A stretch of 63,012 nucleotides of DNA, the filler included, from Candidatus Nanoarchaeia archaeon (GTDB taxonomy: Archaea > Nanobdellota > Nanobdellia > Woesearchaeales > DATDTY01), in assembly GCA_035290625.1 (NCBI GenBank). It is 6 parts of 6 records of this genome, joined end to end, with 100 filler letters (N's around TTAATTAATTAA, not from the genome) between each part and the next. Parts side by side here need not be neighbours in the genome. Positions count along the whole stretch, not along the records: positions 57,354 to 63,012 come from DATDTY010000007.1; 5 more parts are not named here. One strand, given 5' to 3'. The translations under genes and the position numbers were made by a program. Below, piece by piece: positions 62,141-63,012 of the stretch. Positions within the stretch are counted from its first letter, which is position 1, and each line of letters starts with the position of its first letter. Below the pieces are notes generated by a model. It worked only from the letters and a program-made list of their open reading frames with translations. It was not told the origin of the DNA and ran no database searches.

Positions 62141-62336
62141 GGCCTGTTTTTGGGTTGTTTGTTTATAAAGGTTTGGATGAAGGCAGCCAAGACCCGATTG
62201 CCGGAGTTCATGGATTGGAACCCTGATTGAAGCTGGCCGAAGGCAGCATTCCTCTCGAAGTATCGTCAAGAGAATACAAAAATATATAAATGACATCTGC
62301 TCAGACACCATTAGTACCTAAAAGGGGGGTAAAACA

Positions 62337-62579
62337 ATGGCAAAAGTTATTGCAAAGACAGGAGTCAAGAGAGTAAAGGGATACCTTTATTTCTTGGATA
62401 AGAAGGGAGATGTCGCTCGGGTCCAGATGGCGCGGGCAGGCAAGAAGACCTCAAAGAAGCAGGAGGTTGTTGCCAAGGCAGGCATCAAGAGGAAGCCGGG
62501 CTGCCTCTACTTTATTGACAAGCGCGGGGATGTCTGCGAAGCCCAGATGGCCCGAGGCGGAAGAAAGAAGAAGAGGTAA
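62337..62579 (+). CDS. Small basic protein with an internal tandem duplication
   Basis: VIAKTGVKRVKGYLYFLDKKGDV..QMAR and VVAKAGIKRKPGCLYFIDKRGDV..QMAR. Confidence 0.85.
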   Translation: MAKVIAKTGVKRVKGYLYFLDKKGDVARVQMARAGKKTSKKQEVVAKAGIKRKPGCLYFIDKRGDVCEAQMARGGRKKKR

Positions 62580-62580
62580 G

Positions 62581-62620
62581 TTTTTCTATTTTTTTTTTCT
62601 TATTTTTTTGCTAAATTTTT
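62581..62620 (+). terminator. Oligo-T archaeal terminator
   Basis: Several long T runs directly after the stop codon. Confidence 0.6.
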
Positions 62621-62635
62621 GCCACACTTGGATTC

Positions 62636-62876
62636 GGCTCAGTAGAAAGTCATACGGCAGTGGCTTGCAAGCGAGCAAGGTGAGCTTGCTCGCTAGCCGC
62701 CGGCTCGCTTGTGAGGGTATATGTGATTGCTGACACCCCCGAAGGTGCTAAAAAGAGCTACGCTCTTTTGGCACACCAAAACGCCAGAGGGCGTTTTGAT
62801 TGGGGCAACCCTCCGTCAGCAGTGCTGATGAAACTGAAGAAGCTCGCAGAAATGATGCCGGACTTTGTACTGAGCC
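62636..62876 (-). mobile_element. Structured hairpin MITE-like element, copy E11 (241 bp)
   Basis: GGCTCAGTAGAAAGTC/GACTTTGTACTGAGCC; perfect 9-bp TSD CTTGGATTC (62627-62635/62877-62885). Confidence 0.92.
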
Positions 62877-62919
62877 CTTGGATTCATAATCTTTATAAAT
62901 CAGCGCAGGGTTTTGTGGC

Positions 62920-63012
62920 TTGGAGGCAGCAGTGGTTACACTTATCTTCAGCCCAAGGTGGTTTTATGGAATCGACTCACTGTTTGATATCGTCTTTGTG
63001 CTGGTGTCAATA
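62920..63012 (+). CDS. N-terminus of a membrane protein (partial)
   Basis: TTG start about 20 nt after TTTATAAA; LEAAVVTLIFSPRWFYGIDSLFDIVFVLVSI. Confidence 0.5.
   Translation, partial: MEAAVVTLIFSPRWFYGIDSLFDIVFVLVSI

Noticed and set aside
62820..62850. CTGATGA...GAAA in E11 as a hammerhead ribozyme
   Set aside because: Not conserved in E8, E9 or other copies, and the required stems are not evident.
174..62876. Element family as a CRISPR or TIGR-like guide array
   Set aside because: Copies are dispersed, the variable segments largely pair with each other, and no Cas or Nop-domain gene is seen.

Overview
Archaeal genomic DNA, most likely a DPANN/Woesearchaeales-type MAG (inferred from TATA-box promoters about 22-27 nt before start codons, an intron-containing tRNA-Trp, Lhr, AK6, geranylgeranyl reductase, HEPN-MNT pairs and large surface proteins). 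Six contigs are joined by five artificial 100-nt N/TTAATTAATTAA linkers, so adjacency across linkers is not biological. Genes are mostly sugar and surface-glycan metabolism, transport, surface proteins and toxin-antitoxin modules. The main unexplained signal is a family of 11 non-coding 145-241 bp elements. Each folds into one long hairpin whose arms differ between copies but stay paired, with a conserved apical core (GACA-RGGGG-N4/5-CCC-loop-GGG-TGTC). Most have 8-9 bp target-site duplications, some carry swappable extra hairpin modules, and 8 of 11 sit 11-17 bp upstream of a neighbouring TATA box. Other highlights: a probable orphan DGR target gene, TA cassettes separated by repeated 3'-end fragments of a dockerin-like gene, a minimal box C/D guide in the tRNA-Trp intron, and ADP-heptose genes. 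All calls come from reading the sequence; no database searches were run.
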